NCBI RefSeq assembly: GCF_022846255.1
Contig: NZ_AP025682.1
Direction: 5' to 3' (one strand)
Origin: Escherichia coli
GTDB lineage: Bacteria; Pseudomonadota; Gammaproteobacteria; Enterobacterales; Enterobacteriaceae
DNA: 64,000 bases
Shown: in pieces, positions 1 to 10,730 of the stretch
How positions within the stretch are numbered: the first letter of the stretch is position 1
Layout of the letters: the number at the start of each line of letters is the position of its first letter
The notes under the pieces: model-generated
The model's database searches: none
Told to the model about the DNA's origin: nothing
The model's input: only the letters and a program-made list of their open reading frames with translations
Translations under genes and position numbers: made by a program

Positions 1-1173
1 TTGTCCCCCTTGCAGATAAGCGTTCGCCAGGTTGAGCTGCAACACCGGATTGGTGCGCAAATCGCGGGCATTTTTCAGGCGATTGATAGCGTCATTGGCT
101 TTGTTTTGCCCAAGATCGATATCGGTAGCCAGATCGAGATACCATGCGTTGCCAGGTTCTGCCGCCAGTAACGGTTGCAGCGTTTTACGCGCCTCGTCGT
201 ATTTATTGGCTTCCATCGCCTGTAAAGCACGACCATATTGCGCCGCTCGTTGCTGACGAACGTTTCCTTTCGCCCATTCATCCAGCAAATCACTGGTGAG
301 TTGGTTACGCCCTGAATTGTACATCCCCAGTGTGCGCACTTTTGCCAGATAGAAATCTTCTGACGATTGCACCACTATCGGGCGCATCTGATTGGCACGG
401 TTACGGGCATCAGCCAGACGGCTTTCCGGTAGTGGGTGAGTGAGCAGAATTTCTGGCGGGCGCGAAGAGTAACGCGCCTGATCGAGTAATTTTTCGAGGA
501 AGGTCGGCATCGCCTGCGGATCGAATCCCGAGCGTTGCAGCACCTGAATACCAATGCGGTCCGCTTCCTGTTCATTTTGCTGGGTGAAACTGATCATCCC
601 CTGGCGCGTTCCCGCCAGTGTACCGGTCAGCGCCGCCATCCCCGCCTGCGGACTGGCCATCGCCAGTAAAATAGAACCTAACGCGCCGACCCAGGTCAGC
701 GGCGCGCTGCGCTGCTGATCTTCCATCGCTCGCGCCAGGTGACGTTGGGTGACGTGGGAGATTTCGTGCGCCATAACTGAAGCCAGTTGACTTTCGTTAT
801 CGGAATAACGGAACAGGGCAGAGTGCAGCACCACGTTGCCGCCAAAGAAAGCAAAGGCGTTAATTTCGTCGTTGTTGATCAGAAAGAAATGAAACGGTGT
901 CTTAACCGAATTGGCATGCGAAACCAGACGCATTCCTAGCGAATTAATGTATTGCGTTAACAGCGGATCATTAATTAACGGCGCGCTGCCGCGTAACTGG
1001 CGGACATAATAGTCGCCCATCTGCATTTCCTGACCAATGGAAAGTGTGCTTCCTGCGGAGGTTCCCATATCCGGCAAGGTGTCTGCGCTGTCGGCAAACG
1101 CCGGGGCTACCTGACCAATGGTCATAGCAGCAATGAGGGTTGCAACCAGGTTTTTTTTCAACTGCCTGAACAT
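1..1173 (-). CDS. bepA: BepA (YfgC) periplasmic M48 zinc metalloprotease with C-terminal TPR domain; N-terminal ~391 codons present, 3' end runs beyond window start
   Basis: Reverse-strand translation from ATG near 1173 gives signal peptide [27 protein letters not shown] and HEISH zinc motif; frame stays open to position 1. Confidence 0.85.
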   Translation of the reverse strand, partial: MFRQLKKNLVATLIAAMTIGQVAPAFADSADTLPDMGTSAGSTLSIGQEMQMGDYYVRQLRGSAPLINDPLLTQYINSLGMRLVSHANSVKTPFHFFLINNDEINAFAFFGGNVVLHSALFRYSDNESQLASVMAHEISHVTQRHLARAMEDQQRSAPLTWVGALGSILLAMASPQAGMAALTGTLAGTRQGMISFTQQNEQEADRIGIQVLQRSGFDPQAMPTFLEKLLDQARYSSRPPEILLTHPLPESRLADARNRANQMRPIVVQSSEDFYLAKVRTLGMYNSGRNQLTSDLLDEWAKGNVRQQRAAQYGRALQAMEANKYDEARKTLQPLLAAEPGNAWYLDLATDIDLGQNKANDAINRLKNARDLRTNPVLQLNLANAYLQGGQ

Positions 1174-1385
1174 AACCTCTATCCTGTATTTCTGGAGATA
1201 GTCATTTGACCGATACTGTGAAATATCGTTCCCACCGCGCCGCCTTTGAGTGTAACGGCGAAGATTAGCCCACTCAAATGACTTTTCAGTTTCCTGAATC
1301 CGTCATAAAAAGCGAAGTCTTTTTTGTGACATTTCGATACAATTGCGGATCGCAATCCCGCTCTTGAGGTTCAGGGAAGGTCTGT

Positions 1386-2447
1386 ATGCTCGAAATGTTG
1401 ATGCAATGGTATCGCCGCCGTTTTAGCGACCCGGAAGCGATTGCCTTGCTGGTTATTTTGGTTGCTGGTTTTGGCATTATCTTTTTCTTTAGCGGCCTAC
1501 TCGCGCCGTTGCTGGTGGCTATTGTGCTGGCCTATTTACTGGAATGGCCGACTGTCCGCCTGCAGTCTATTGGCTGTTCCCGCCCTTGGGCGACATCTAT
1601 CGTGCTGATCCTGTTTGTGGGCATCCTGCTACTGATGGCGTTCGTGGTACTGCCTATCGCCTGGCAGCAGGGCATCTACTTAATCCGCGATATGCCAGGG
1701 ATGCTTAATAAACTTTCTGATTTTGCTGCCACGTTACCGCGCCGGTATCCGGCATTAATGGATGCGGGGATTATTGATGCAATGGCTGAAAATATGCGTA
1801 GCCGGATGCTGACCATGGGCGATTCGGTGGTGAAAATTTCCCTCGCCTCGTTGGTCGGTTTGCTGACCATTGCCGTCTATCTGGTGCTGGTGCCATTGAT
1901 GGTCTTCTTCCTGCTGAAAGACAAAGAGCAGATGCTGAACGCCGTTCGCCGGGTGCTGCCGCGCAACCGTGGACTGGCAGGACAGGTGTGGAAGGAGATG
2001 AATCAACAAATCACCAACTATATCCGCGGCAAAGTGCTGGAGATGATCGTGGTAGGGATCGCCACCTGGCTGGGGTTCTTGCTCTTTGGGCTGAACTATT
2101 CGCTGCTGCTGGCGGTGCTGGTCGGCTTCTCGGTACTTATTCCGTACATTGGCGCATTTGTGGTGACCATTCCGGTGGTTGGCGTGGCGCTATTCCAGTT
2201 TGGTGCTGGCACGGAATTCTGGAGCTGCTTCGCGGTGTATCTGATTATTCAGGCGCTGGACGGCAACCTGTTAGTACCGGTGTTGTTTTCCGAAGCGGTT
2301 AACCTGCATCCTCTGGTGATTATTTTATCGGTGGTGATCTTCGGTGGTTTGTGGGGATTCTGGGGCGTATTCTTCGCTATTCCATTGGCGACGCTGATCA
2401 AAGCCGTGATTCACGCCTGGCCTGATGGGCAAATCGCGCAAGACTGA
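1386..2447 (+). CDS. perM: AI-2E/PerM-family inner membrane transporter (353 aa)
   Basis: ORF track 1386..2447; strongly hydrophobic multi-TM protein; divergent from bepA as in E. coli. Confidence 0.85.
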   Translation: MLEMLMQWYRRRFSDPEAIALLVILVAGFGIIFFFSGLLAPLLVAIVLAYLLEWPTVRLQSIGCSRPWATSIVLILFVGILLLMAFVVLPIAWQQGIYLIRDMPGMLNKLSDFAATLPRRYPALMDAGIIDAMAENMRSRMLTMGDSVVKISLASLVGLLTIAVYLVLVPLMVFFLLKDKEQMLNAVRRVLPRNRGLAGQVWKEMNQQITNYIRGKVLEMIVVGIATWLGFLLFGLNYSLLLAVLVGFSVLIPYIGAFVVTIPVVGVALFQFGAGTEFWSCFAVYLIIQALDGNLLVPVLFSEAVNLHPLVIILSVVIFGGLWGFWGVFFAIPLATLIKAVIHAWPDGQIAQD

Positions 2448-2545
2448 CCTTCAGCGAAAAAATTTGAAACGAGTGTTGCAGGGCAGTGAGACGATTTGAG
2501 ATGTGCTGGCCGCAAGCGCAGCCAGCACGGAATGGAGCAAAGTAA

Positions 2546-3016
2546 TCAGGCGTGTTCTTTCAGCCAGTTCAGCACAACGTCGTGGTGATTGCTGGTTTTG
2601 AAATCGTCAAAAACATGTTCGATTTTGCCATCAGCGTCAATCAGGAAGCTGATGCGATGAATACCATTGTAGGTTTTGCCCATGAAGGACTTTTCACCCC
2701 AGACGCCGAATTGTTCGCACACCTGGTGGTCCTCATCAGACAGGAGCGTAAAGTTAAGCAGCTCTTTTTCCGCAAAACGGGAGAGTTTTTCGGGTTTATC
2801 GGTGCTGATACCCAGCACATCAACGCCCGCTTTTTTCAACTCATCCATGTTATCGCGTAAGCCGCAGGCCTGTACGGTACAGCCGGGGGTCATGGCTTTC
2901 GGGTAGAAATAAACCAGAACACGCTGTCCCTGGAAGTCGGTCAAATTAACTTGTTCTCCGTCTTGATCCGGCAAGCTAAATTTCGGTGCGATATCACCGG
3001 CTTTCAGTGGATTCAT
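2546..3016 (-). CDS. bcp: thiol peroxidase Bcp (peroxiredoxin, 156 aa)
   Basis: ORF track; peroxidatic cysteine motif KAMTPGCTVQACG. Confidence 0.95.
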   Translation of the reverse strand: MNPLKAGDIAPKFSLPDQDGEQVNLTDFQGQRVLVYFYPKAMTPGCTVQACGLRDNMDELKKAGVDVLGISTDKPEKLSRFAEKELLNFTLLSDEDHQVCEQFGVWGEKSFMGKTYNGIHRISFLIDADGKIEHVFDDFKTSNHHDVVLNWLKEHA

Positions 3017-3588
3017 TACTTAACTCCATCCTGTTCATCATGTTGGGAATAATTGACGACGTTAATACTGCCTTGTGCATTGAGTTCTGTACATAGGGCT
3101 TTGAACGCTTGCTCAATATTTGCTGCGTCCGCAGATGCGGGGCTGTGGGCAGTAATTTGAATATGCAACTGCGCAGCCCGTTCATTTTCAGCAGGTTGCG
3201 TGCGTGACACCAGCTCCGCAATGTTCATATGATGCGCGTCGAAAAGTGCTGTGAAGCGTTCAATTAAATGCGGGGAGTCTGCCACATCGACCTGAACCCA
3301 GACAGATGCTGGCATTGGCGGACGCGGACGCGCCGTAGTGCGCTTCATCACGATTAAAAGATCCAGCTCGGCACCTTTCAACGGTAACGTTGATTCAATC
3401 AGAGTAATGGCATTCCATGAACCGGAAAGCAGCATGATAAACGTGAACTCTTCTCCCAGCATCGCCAGGCGACTGTCTTCAATATTACAGCCGCAACTAC
3501 TGACATGACGGGTGATGGTGTTCACAATTCCAGGGCGATCGGCACCCAACGCAGTGATCACCAGATAATGTTGCGATGACAGTGTCAA
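3016..3588 (-). CDS. gcvR: glycine cleavage system transcriptional repressor GcvR (190 aa)
   Basis: ORF-track frame 3016..3654; recognised protein begins MTLSSQHYLVITALGADRPGIV at a TTG codon; the upstream ATG at 3654 would add 22 residues. Confidence 0.85.
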   Translation of the reverse strand: MTLSSQHYLVITALGADRPGIVNTITRHVSSCGCNIEDSRLAMLGEEFTFIMLLSGSWNAITLIESTLPLKGAELDLLIVMKRTTARPRPPMPASVWVQVDVADSPHLIERFTALFDAHHMNIAELVSRTQPAENERAAQLHIQITAHSPASADAANIEQAFKALCTELNAQGSINVVNYSQHDEQDGVK

Positions 3589-3733
3589 ACTGGTTATTCC
3601 TTCAAGGGGTGAGTTGTTCTTAAGGAAAGCATAAAAAAAACATGCATACAACAATCAGAACGGTTCTGTCTGCTTGCTTTTAATACCATACCAAACGTAC
3701 CATTGAGACACTTGTTTGCACAGAGGATGGCCC

Positions 3734-4612
3734 ATGTTCACGGGAAGTATTGTCGCGATTGTTACTCCGATGGATGAAAAAGGTAATGTCTGTCGGGCTA
3801 GCTTGAAAAAACTGATTGATTATCATGTCGCCAGCGGTACTTCGGCGATCGTTTCTGTTGGCACCACTGGCGAGTCCGCTACCTTAAATCATGACGAACA
3901 TGCTGATGTGGTGATGATGACGCTGGAGCTGGCTGACGGGCGCATTCCGGTGATTGCCGGGACCGGCGCTAACGCTACTGCGGAAGCCATTAGCCTGACG
4001 CAGCGCTTCAATGACAGTGGTATCGTCGGCTGCCTGACGGTAACCCCTTACTACAATCGTCCGTCGCAAGAAGGTTTGTATCAGCATTTCAAAGCCATCG
4101 CTGAACATACTGACCTGCCGCAAATTCTGTATAATGTGCCGTCCCGTACTGGCTGCGATCTGCTCCCGGAAACGGTGGGCCGTCTGGCGAAAGTAAAAAA
4201 TATTATCGGAATCAAAGAGGCAACAGGGAACTTAACGCGTGTAAACCAGATCAAAGAGCTGGTTTCAGATGATTTTGTTCTGCTGAGCGGCGATGATGCG
4301 AGCGCGCTGGACTTCATGCAATTAGGCGGTCATGGGGTTATTTCCGTTACGGCTAACGTCGCAGCGCGTGATATGGCCCAGATGTGCAAACTGGCAGCAG
4401 AAGGGCATTTTGCCGAGGCACGCGTTATTAATCAGCGTCTGATGCCATTACACAACAAACTATTTGTCGAACCCAATCCAATCCCGGTGAAATGGGCATG
4501 TAAGGAACTGGGTCTTGTGGCGACCGATACGCTGCGCCTGCCAATGACACCAATCACCGACAGTGGTCGTGAGACGGTCAGAGCGGCGCTTAAGCATGCC
4601 GGTTTGCTGTAA
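3734..4612 (+). CDS. dapA: 4-hydroxy-tetrahydrodipicolinate synthase DapA (292 aa)
   Basis: N-terminus [20 protein letters not shown]-track ORF begins 6 codons upstream at 3716. Confidence 0.95.
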   Translation: MFTGSIVAIVTPMDEKGNVCRASLKKLIDYHVASGTSAIVSVGTTGESATLNHDEHADVVMMTLELADGRIPVIAGTGANATAEAISLTQRFNDSGIVGCLTVTPYYNRPSQEGLYQHFKAIAEHTDLPQILYNVPSRTGCDLLPETVGRLAKVKNIIGIKEATGNLTRVNQIKELVSDDFVLLSGDDASALDFMQLGGHGVISVTANVAARDMAQMCKLAAEGHFAEARVINQRLMPLHNKLFVEPNPIPVKWACKELGLVATDTLRLPMTPITDSGRETVRAALKHAGLL

Positions 4613-4628
4613 AGTTTAGGGAGATTTG

Positions 4629-5663
4629 ATGGCTTACTCTGTTCAAAAGTCGCGCCTGGCAAAGGTTGCGGGTGTTTCGCTTGTTTTATTACTCGCTGCC
4701 TGTAGTTCTGACTCACGCTATAAGCGTCAGGTCAGTGGTGATGAAGCCTACCTGGAAGCGGCACCGCTTGCGGAGCTTCATGCCCCGGCTGGAATGATTT
4801 TGCCGGTGACCTCCGGTGATTATGCAATCCCGGTGACCAACGGTAGTGGTGCTGTCGGTAAGGCGCTGGACATTCGTCCACCAGCCCAGCCGTTGGCACT
4901 GGTTTCTGGCGCGCGTACCCAGTTCACGGGCGATACCGCTTCATTGCTGGTGGAAAATGGTCGTGGCAATACTCTGTGGCCGCAGGTGGTTAGCGTGCTG
5001 CAGGCGAAAAACTACACCATCACCCAACGTGATGATGCTGGTCAGACACTGACCACCGATTGGGTACAATGGAACCGTCTGGACGAAGACGAGCAGTATC
5101 GTGGTCGTTATCAAATCTCTGTTAAGCCGCAGGGTTATCAGCAGGCGGTTACGGTTAAACTGCTGAACCTGGAACAGGCGGGCAAACCGGTCGCAGACGC
5201 GGCTTCCATGCAGCGTTACAGCACGGAGATGATGAACGTTATTTCCGCCGGTCTGGATAAATCTGCCACTGACGCCGCGAACGCTGCGCAAAATCGTGCC
5301 TCCACCACTATGGACGTACAAAGTGCAGCTGATGACACCGGTTTACCAATGCTGGTCGTACGCGGGCCGTTCAATGTGGTTTGGCAACGTCTGCCAGCTG
5401 CGCTGGAAAAAGTGGGCATGAAAGTGACTGACAGCACCCGTTCGCAGGGCAACATGGCCGTAACTTATAAGCCGCTGTCTGACAGCGAATGGCACGAACT
5501 GGGCGCGAGCGATCCAGGTCTGGCATCCGGTGACTATAAACTGCAGGTTGGCGATTTAGATAACCGCAGCAGCCTACAGTTCATCGATCCGAAAGGTCAT
5601 ACTCTGACTCAGAGTCAGAACGACGCGCTGGTAGCTGTCTTCCAGGCTGCGTTTAGCAAGTAA
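4629..5663 (+). CDS. bamC: outer membrane protein assembly factor BamC (NlpB) lipoprotein (344 aa)
   Basis: Signal peptide with lipobox LLLAAC; full-length match to recalled BamC. Confidence 0.95.
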   Translation: MAYSVQKSRLAKVAGVSLVLLLAACSSDSRYKRQVSGDEAYLEAAPLAELHAPAGMILPVTSGDYAIPVTNGSGAVGKALDIRPPAQPLALVSGARTQFTGDTASLLVENGRGNTLWPQVVSVLQAKNYTITQRDDAGQTLTTDWVQWNRLDEDEQYRGRYQISVKPQGYQQAVTVKLLNLEQAGKPVADAASMQRYSTEMMNVISAGLDKSATDAANAAQNRASTTMDVQSAADDTGLPMLVVRGPFNVVWQRLPAALEKVGMKVTDSTRSQGNMAVTYKPLSDSEWHELGASDPGLASGDYKLQVGDLDNRSSLQFIDPKGHTLTQSQNDALVAVFQAAFSK

Positions 5664-5670
5664 AAATACA

Positions 5671-5696
5671 GGGCTGGAGTCATCCGGCCCTTTTTT
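5671..5696 (+). terminator. intrinsic terminator after bamC
   Basis: gggctggagtcatccggccc hairpin followed by tttttt. Confidence 0.6.
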
Positions 5697-5706
5697 CTGA
5701 TATGAT

Positions 5707-5722
5707 ACGCAAACGTGTGCGT
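5707..5722. promoter_or_regulatory. PurR operator (pur box) upstream of purC
   Basis: acgcaaacgtgtgcgt is 15/16 to the PurR box consensus ACGCAAACGTTTGCGT. Confidence 0.6.
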
Positions 5723-5764
5723 CGACAGAAAAACGCGATTTTAGCGGTAATTCGCACGAAATTT

Positions 5765-5820
5765 GTCTGTCGGACGTAGGTCGGATAAGGCGTTTACGCC
5801 GCATCCGACAAAACATCCGG
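5765..5820. repeat. REP (repetitive extragenic palindromic) element in purC leader
   Basis: gtaggtcggataaggcgtttacgccgcatccgacaa matches the canonical E. coli REP pattern. Confidence 0.75.
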
Positions 5821-5875
5821 CACACCAGACAGCAAAAGATTTTAAAACGTTAATTCACACCCAGGAGTGATAAAG

Positions 5876-6589
5876 ATGCAAAAGCAAGCTGAGTTGTATC
5901 GTGGTAAAGCGAAAACCGTATACAGCACGGAAAACCCGGACCTGTTGGTGCTCGAATTCCGCAATGATACGTCAGCAGGGGATGGCGCGCGCATTGAGCA
6001 GTTTGATCGCAAAGGTATGGTGAACAACAAGTTCAACTACTTCATTATGAGCAAACTGGCTGAAGCGGGTATCCCGACTCAAATGGAGCGTCTGCTCTCC
6101 GATACCGAATGTCTGGTGAAAAAGCTGGATATGGTGCCGGTTGAGTGTGTCGTGCGTAACCGTGCTGCTGGCTCTCTGGTGAAACGTCTTGGAATCGAAG
6201 AAGGTATTGAGCTGAACCCGCCACTGTTCGATCTGTTCCTGAAAAACGACGCCATGCACGATCCGATGGTCAACGAATCTTACTGCGAAACCTTTGGCTG
6301 GGTGAGCAAAGAGAATCTGGCGCGTATGAAAGAGCTGACCTACAAAGCGAACGACGTGCTGAAAAAACTGTTCGATGATGCAGGTCTGATTCTGGTCGAC
6401 TTCAAGCTGGAGTTTGGTCTGTACAAAGGCGAAGTGGTTCTGGGCGATGAGTTCTCCCCGGACGGCAGCCGCCTGTGGGACAAAGAAACGCTGGAGAAAA
6501 TGGATAAAGACCGTTTCCGCCAGAGCCTCGGTGGCCTGATCGAAGCCTATGAAGCCGTTGCCCGCCGCCTGGGTGTACAGCTGGACTGA
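5876..6589 (+). CDS. purC: phosphoribosylaminoimidazole-succinocarboxamide synthase PurC (237 aa)
   Basis: N-terminus [34 protein letters not shown]-track ORF begins 3 codons upstream. Confidence 0.95.
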
Positions 6590-6756
6590 TTTTTCTATTC
6601 ATCATCTTGCCGTGCTACTGGCACGGCAAGACAACCGCTCTCATAAGATGTGCATTGAACGCTCATTCCTCCGCCATTTCATCCCGCTTTCCTGTGGTAA
6701 TCTTCCTCTGAACCACCTACGATCATTTCTATAATGAATATAATGTTGAGGTATCT

Positions 6757-7620
6757 ATGCGTTGGCAAGGGCGACGTGAAAGTGACAATGTTGAAGACAG
6801 GCGCAACAGCTCTGGTGGTCCGTCTATGGGCGGTCCCGGTTTTCGCCTGCCAAGCGGTAAAGGCGGGCTGATTTTACTGATAGTCGTGCTGGTTGCAGGC
6901 TACTATGGCGTTGATTTAACCGGGTTGATGACCGGACAGCCGGTTTCCCAACAGCAATCAACGCGGTCAATTAGCCCTAATGAAGACGAAGCCGCAAAAT
7001 TCACCTCGGTGATTCTGGCAACCACGGAAGACACCTGGGGACAGCAATTCGAGAAGATGGGTAAAACCTATCAGCAACCGAAGCTGGTCATGTACCGTGG
7101 AATGACGCGTACCGGCTGCGGGGCGGGCCAGTCCATAATGGGGCCATTCTATTGCCCGGCGGATGGCACAGTTTATATCGATCTCTCCTTCTATGATGAC
7201 ATGAAAGACAAACTTGGCGCGGATGGCGATTTTGCCCAGGGGTACGTTATCGCTCATGAAGTCGGTCATCATGTGCAGAAACTGTTAGGCATCGAGCCGA
7301 AAGTTCGTCAACTGCAACAAAACGCGACGCAGGCGGAAGTAAACCGCTTATCTGTGCGTATGGAACTCCAGGCCGACTGTTTTGCCGGTGTATGGGGGCA
7401 TAGTATGCAGCAGCAAGGTGTTCTGGAAACTGGCGATCTGGAAGAGGCGCTGAACGCGGCGCAGGCCATCGGCGATGACCGTTTACAACAGCAAAGTCAG
7501 GGGCGAGTAGTACCAGACAGTTTCACTCATGGCACTTCTCAGCAACGCTACAGCTGGTTTAAACGTGGTTTCGACAGCGGCGATCCGGCACAATGCAATA
7601 CTTTTGGTAAAAGCATTTAA
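6757..7620 (+). CDS. ypfJ: YpfJ, putative zinc metallopeptidase (287 aa)
   Basis: HEVGHH zinc-binding motif; N-terminal TM segment; position between purC and tmcA. Confidence 0.85.
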
Positions 7621-7634
7621 CTTCCGGGGCAGGG

Positions 7635-9650
7635 ATGGCTGAACTGACTGCGCTTCACACATTAACAGCGCAAATGAAACGTGAAGGGATCCGCCGCTTG
7701 CTGGTGTTGAGCGGGGAAGAGCGTTGGTGTTTTGATCATGCGCTTAAGTTGCGTGATGCCTTACCTGGCGACTGGCTGTGGATTTCGCCGCAGCCAGATG
7801 CTGAAAACCACTGTTCTCCCTCGGCACTACAAACTTTACTTGGGCGCGAGTTCCGGCATGCGGTATTCGACGCCCGCCACGGCTTTGATGCCGCTGCCTT
7901 TGCGGCACTTAGCGGAACGTTGAAAGCGGGAAGCTGGCTGGTGTTGTTACTCCCTGTATGGGATGAGTGGGAAAACCAACCTGATGCCGACTCGCTGCGC
8001 TGGAGTGATTGCCCTGACCCTATTGCGACGCCGCATTTTGTCCTGCACCTCAAACGTGTACTTACGGCGAATAACGACGCCATCCTCTGGCGGCAAAACC
8101 AGCCGTTCTCGTTGGCGCATTTTACTCCCCGTACTGACTGGCACTCCGCTACCGGCGCACCACAACCAGAACAACAGCAACTCTTACAGCAGCTACTGAC
8201 CATGCCGCCGGGCGTGGCAGCGGTAACTGCTGCGCGTGGGCGCGGTAAGTCGGCGTTGGCAGGGCAACTCATTTCTCGTATTGCGGGCAGTGCGATTGTC
8301 ACCGCGCCCGCAAAAGCGGCAACGGATGTACTGGCACAATTTGCGGGCGAGAAGTTTCGCTTTATTGCACCGGATGCCTTGTTAGCCAGCGATGAGCAAG
8401 CCGATTGGCTGGTGGTCGATGAAGCCGCAGCTATACCTGCGCCGTTGTTGCATCAACTGGTATCGCGTTTTCCTCGAACGTTGTTAACCACTACGGTGCA
8501 GGGCTACGAAGGCACCGGACGTGGTTTTTTGCTGAAATTTTGCGCTCGCTTTCCGCATTTACACCGTTTTGAACTACAACAGCCGATCCGTTGGGCGCAG
8601 GGATGCCCGCTGGAAAAAATGGTTAGTGAGGCACTGGTGTTTGACGATGAAAACTTCACCCATACACCACAAGGCAATATCGTTATTTCCGCATTTGAAC
8701 AGACGTTATGGCGAAGCGAGCCAGAAACGCCGTTAAAGGTTTATCAATTATTGTCTGGTGCGCACTACCGGACTTCGCCGCTGGATTTACGCCGCATGAT
8801 GGATGCACCAGGTCAACATTTTTTACAGGCGGCTGGCGAAAACGAGATTGCCGGAGCGCTGTGGCTGGTGGATGAGGGTGGATTATCTCAAGAACTCAGT
8901 CAGGCGGTATGGGCGGGTTATCGTCGTCCACGGGGCAATCTGGTGGCTCAATCGCTGGCGGCGCACGGCAGCAATCCACTGGCGGCGACATTGCGCGGAC
9001 GGCGGGTCAGCCGGATAGCAGTTCATCCGGCGCGTCAGCGGGAAGGCACAGGGCGGCAACTTATTGCTGGTGCTTTGCAATATACGCAGGACCTCGACTA
9101 TCTTTCGGTGAGTTTTGGTTACACCGGGGAATTATGGCGTTTCTGGCAACGCTGCGGTTTTGTGCTGGTGCGAATGGGTAATCATCGTGAAGCCAGCAGC
9201 GGTTGCTATACGGCGATGGCGCTGTTACCGATGAGTGATGCGGGTAAACAACTGGCTGAACGTGAGCATTACCGTTTACGTCGCGATGCGCAAGCTCTCG
9301 CGCAGTGGAATGGCGAAATGCTTCCTGTTGATCCACTAAACGATGCCGTCCTTTCTGACGACGACTGGCTTGAACTGGCCGGTTTTGCTTTCACTCATCG
9401 TCCGCTATTAACATCGTTAGGTTGCTTATTGCGTTTGCTACAAACCAGCGAACTGGCATTACCGGCGCTGCGTGGGCGTTTACAGAAAAACGCCAGTGAC
9501 GCGCAGTTATGTACCACACTTAAACTTTCAGGCCGTAAGCTGTTACTGGTTCGCCAGCGGGAAGAGGCCGCGCAGGCGCTATTCGCACTTGATGATGTTC
9601 GCACTGAGCGTCTGCGCGATCGCATAACGCAATGGCAATTTTTTCACTGA
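7635..9650 (+). CDS. tmcA: tRNA(Met) cytidine acetyltransferase TmcA (671 aa)
   Basis: ATPase/helicase-like region with GRGKS Walker A plus C-terminal acetyltransferase region; length matches TmcA. Confidence 0.9.
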   Translation: MAELTALHTLTAQMKREGIRRLLVLSGEERWCFDHALKLRDALPGDWLWISPQPDAENHCSPSALQTLLGREFRHAVFDARHGFDAAAFAALSGTLKAGSWLVLLLPVWDEWENQPDADSLRWSDCPDPIATPHFVLHLKRVLTANNDAILWRQNQPFSLAHFTPRTDWHSATGAPQPEQQQLLQQLLTMPPGVAAVTAARGRGKSALAGQLISRIAGSAIVTAPAKAATDVLAQFAGEKFRFIAPDALLASDEQADWLVVDEAAAIPAPLLHQLVSRFPRTLLTTTVQGYEGTGRGFLLKFCARFPHLHRFELQQPIRWAQGCPLEKMVSEALVFDDENFTHTPQGNIVISAFEQTLWRSEPETPLKVYQLLSGAHYRTSPLDLRRMMDAPGQHFLQAAGENEIAGALWLVDEGGLSQELSQAVWAGYRRPRGNLVAQSLAAHGSNPLAATLRGRRVSRIAVHPARQREGTGRQLIAGALQYTQDLDYLSVSFGYTGELWRFWQRCGFVLVRMGNHREASSGCYTAMALLPMSDAGKQLAEREHYRLRRDAQALAQWNGEMLPVDPLNDAVLSDDDWLELAGFAFTHRPLLTSLGCLLRLLQTSELALPALRGRLQKNASDAQLCTTLKLSGRKLLLVRQREEAAQALFALDDVRTERLRDRITQWQFFH

Positions 9651-9723
9651 CTCCTTCAATTTTCTCCCATGGTCATTGTGAGTCAGCGGCGTAAAATTAA
9701 TGACATCAGTTAAGGAGTTCGCC

Positions 9724-10422
9724 ATGAAACATGACCATTTTGTTGTTCAAAGCCCGGATAAACCAGCACAACAGTTGTTACTGCTTTTCCACGGTGTCGG
9801 GGATAACCCGGTGGCAATGGGGGAAATAGGTAGCTGGTTTGCGCCGCTGTTTCCTGATGCGCTGGTGGTGAGTGTCGGTGGCGCGGAGCCGAGCGGTAAT
9901 CCGGCGGGGCGTCAGTGGTTTTCGGTGCAGGGTATTACGGAAGATAATCGCCAGGCGCGTGTGAATGCCATCATGCCGACGTTTATTGAGACGGTGCGCT
10001 ACTGGCAGAAACAAAGCGGAGTAGGGGCTAATGCCACGGCGCTAATCGGTTTCTCACAAGGCGCGATTATGGCGCTGGAGAGCATTAAAGCCGAACCGGG
10101 CCTTGCTTCGCGCGTCATTGCCTTCAACGGACGCTACGCGAGCCTGCCGGAAACCGCGTCTACAGCCACAACAATTCACTTGATTCATGGCGGTGAAGAT
10201 CCGGTTATCGATCTGGCGCATGCGGTTGCGGCGCAGGAAGCGTTAATCAGTGCCGGTGGCGATGTGACGCTGGATATCGTGGAGGATTTAGGCCATGCGA
10301 TCGACAATCGCAGTATGCAATTAGCCCTGGATCACTTGCGTTATACCATTCCGAAACATTATTTCGACGAAGCGCTAAGCGGCGGTAAGCCTGGCGATGA
10401 TGATGTGATTGAAATGATGTAA
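9724..10422 (+). CDS. ypfH: YpfH esterase, phospholipase/carboxylesterase family (232 aa)
   Basis: Serine hydrolase motif GFSQGA; start at MKHDHFVVQSPDK within ORF-track ORF 9700..10422. Confidence 0.85.
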   Translation: MKHDHFVVQSPDKPAQQLLLLFHGVGDNPVAMGEIGSWFAPLFPDALVVSVGGAEPSGNPAGRQWFSVQGITEDNRQARVNAIMPTFIETVRYWQKQSGVGANATALIGFSQGAIMALESIKAEPGLASRVIAFNGRYASLPETASTATTIHLIHGGEDPVIDLAHAVAAQEALISAGGDVTLDIVEDLGHAIDNRSMQLALDHLRYTIPKHYFDEALSGGKPGDDDVIEMM

Positions 10423-10427
10423 TAATA

Positions 10428-10498
10428 GCCGGGTAGGTCTGATAAGACTGTATCAGGCATCATGGCCGGATGCGGCGTTAACGCCTTATCCGGCCACT
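10428..10498. repeat. tandem REP units (BIME-like) between ypfH and ypfN
   Basis: gggtaggtctgataagactgtatcaggcatc followed by ggccggatgcggcgttaacgccttatccggcc. Confidence 0.75.
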
Positions 10499-10502
10499 TA
10501 GC

Positions 10503-10703
10503 TTACTTCTTCGGTTGATCCTTTTTCGGCCAGTCGTCGTCATCGTCCCACTTATCGTTGAAATCACGATGCGGGGGAAGCTCCGGCTTGTTGGCGAGAA
10601 ATTTCTTATGGTCGACGCGCTTGAGATCTTTAATCACGTTCAGCAGGACGCCTACCAAAAAGACAATCACCAGAATCCACCAATATTTAGCCAGCCAGTC
10701 CAT
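10503..10703 (-). CDS. ypfN: small membrane protein YpfN (66 aa) with acidic C-terminus
   Basis: [27 protein letters not shown]... single TM helix; start at internal Met of ORF-track ORF. Confidence 0.8.
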
Positions 10704-10730
10704 GCTTATTTCCTCTTGCAGAACCACTCA

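Noticed and set aside
2503-2528. Hairpin gtgctggc..gccagcac between perM and bcp considered as an intrinsic terminator
   Set aside because: Strong stem but no U tract on either strand, so it is not listed as a terminator; it may be an RNA-stabilising stem-loop or a deletion-junction palindrome.
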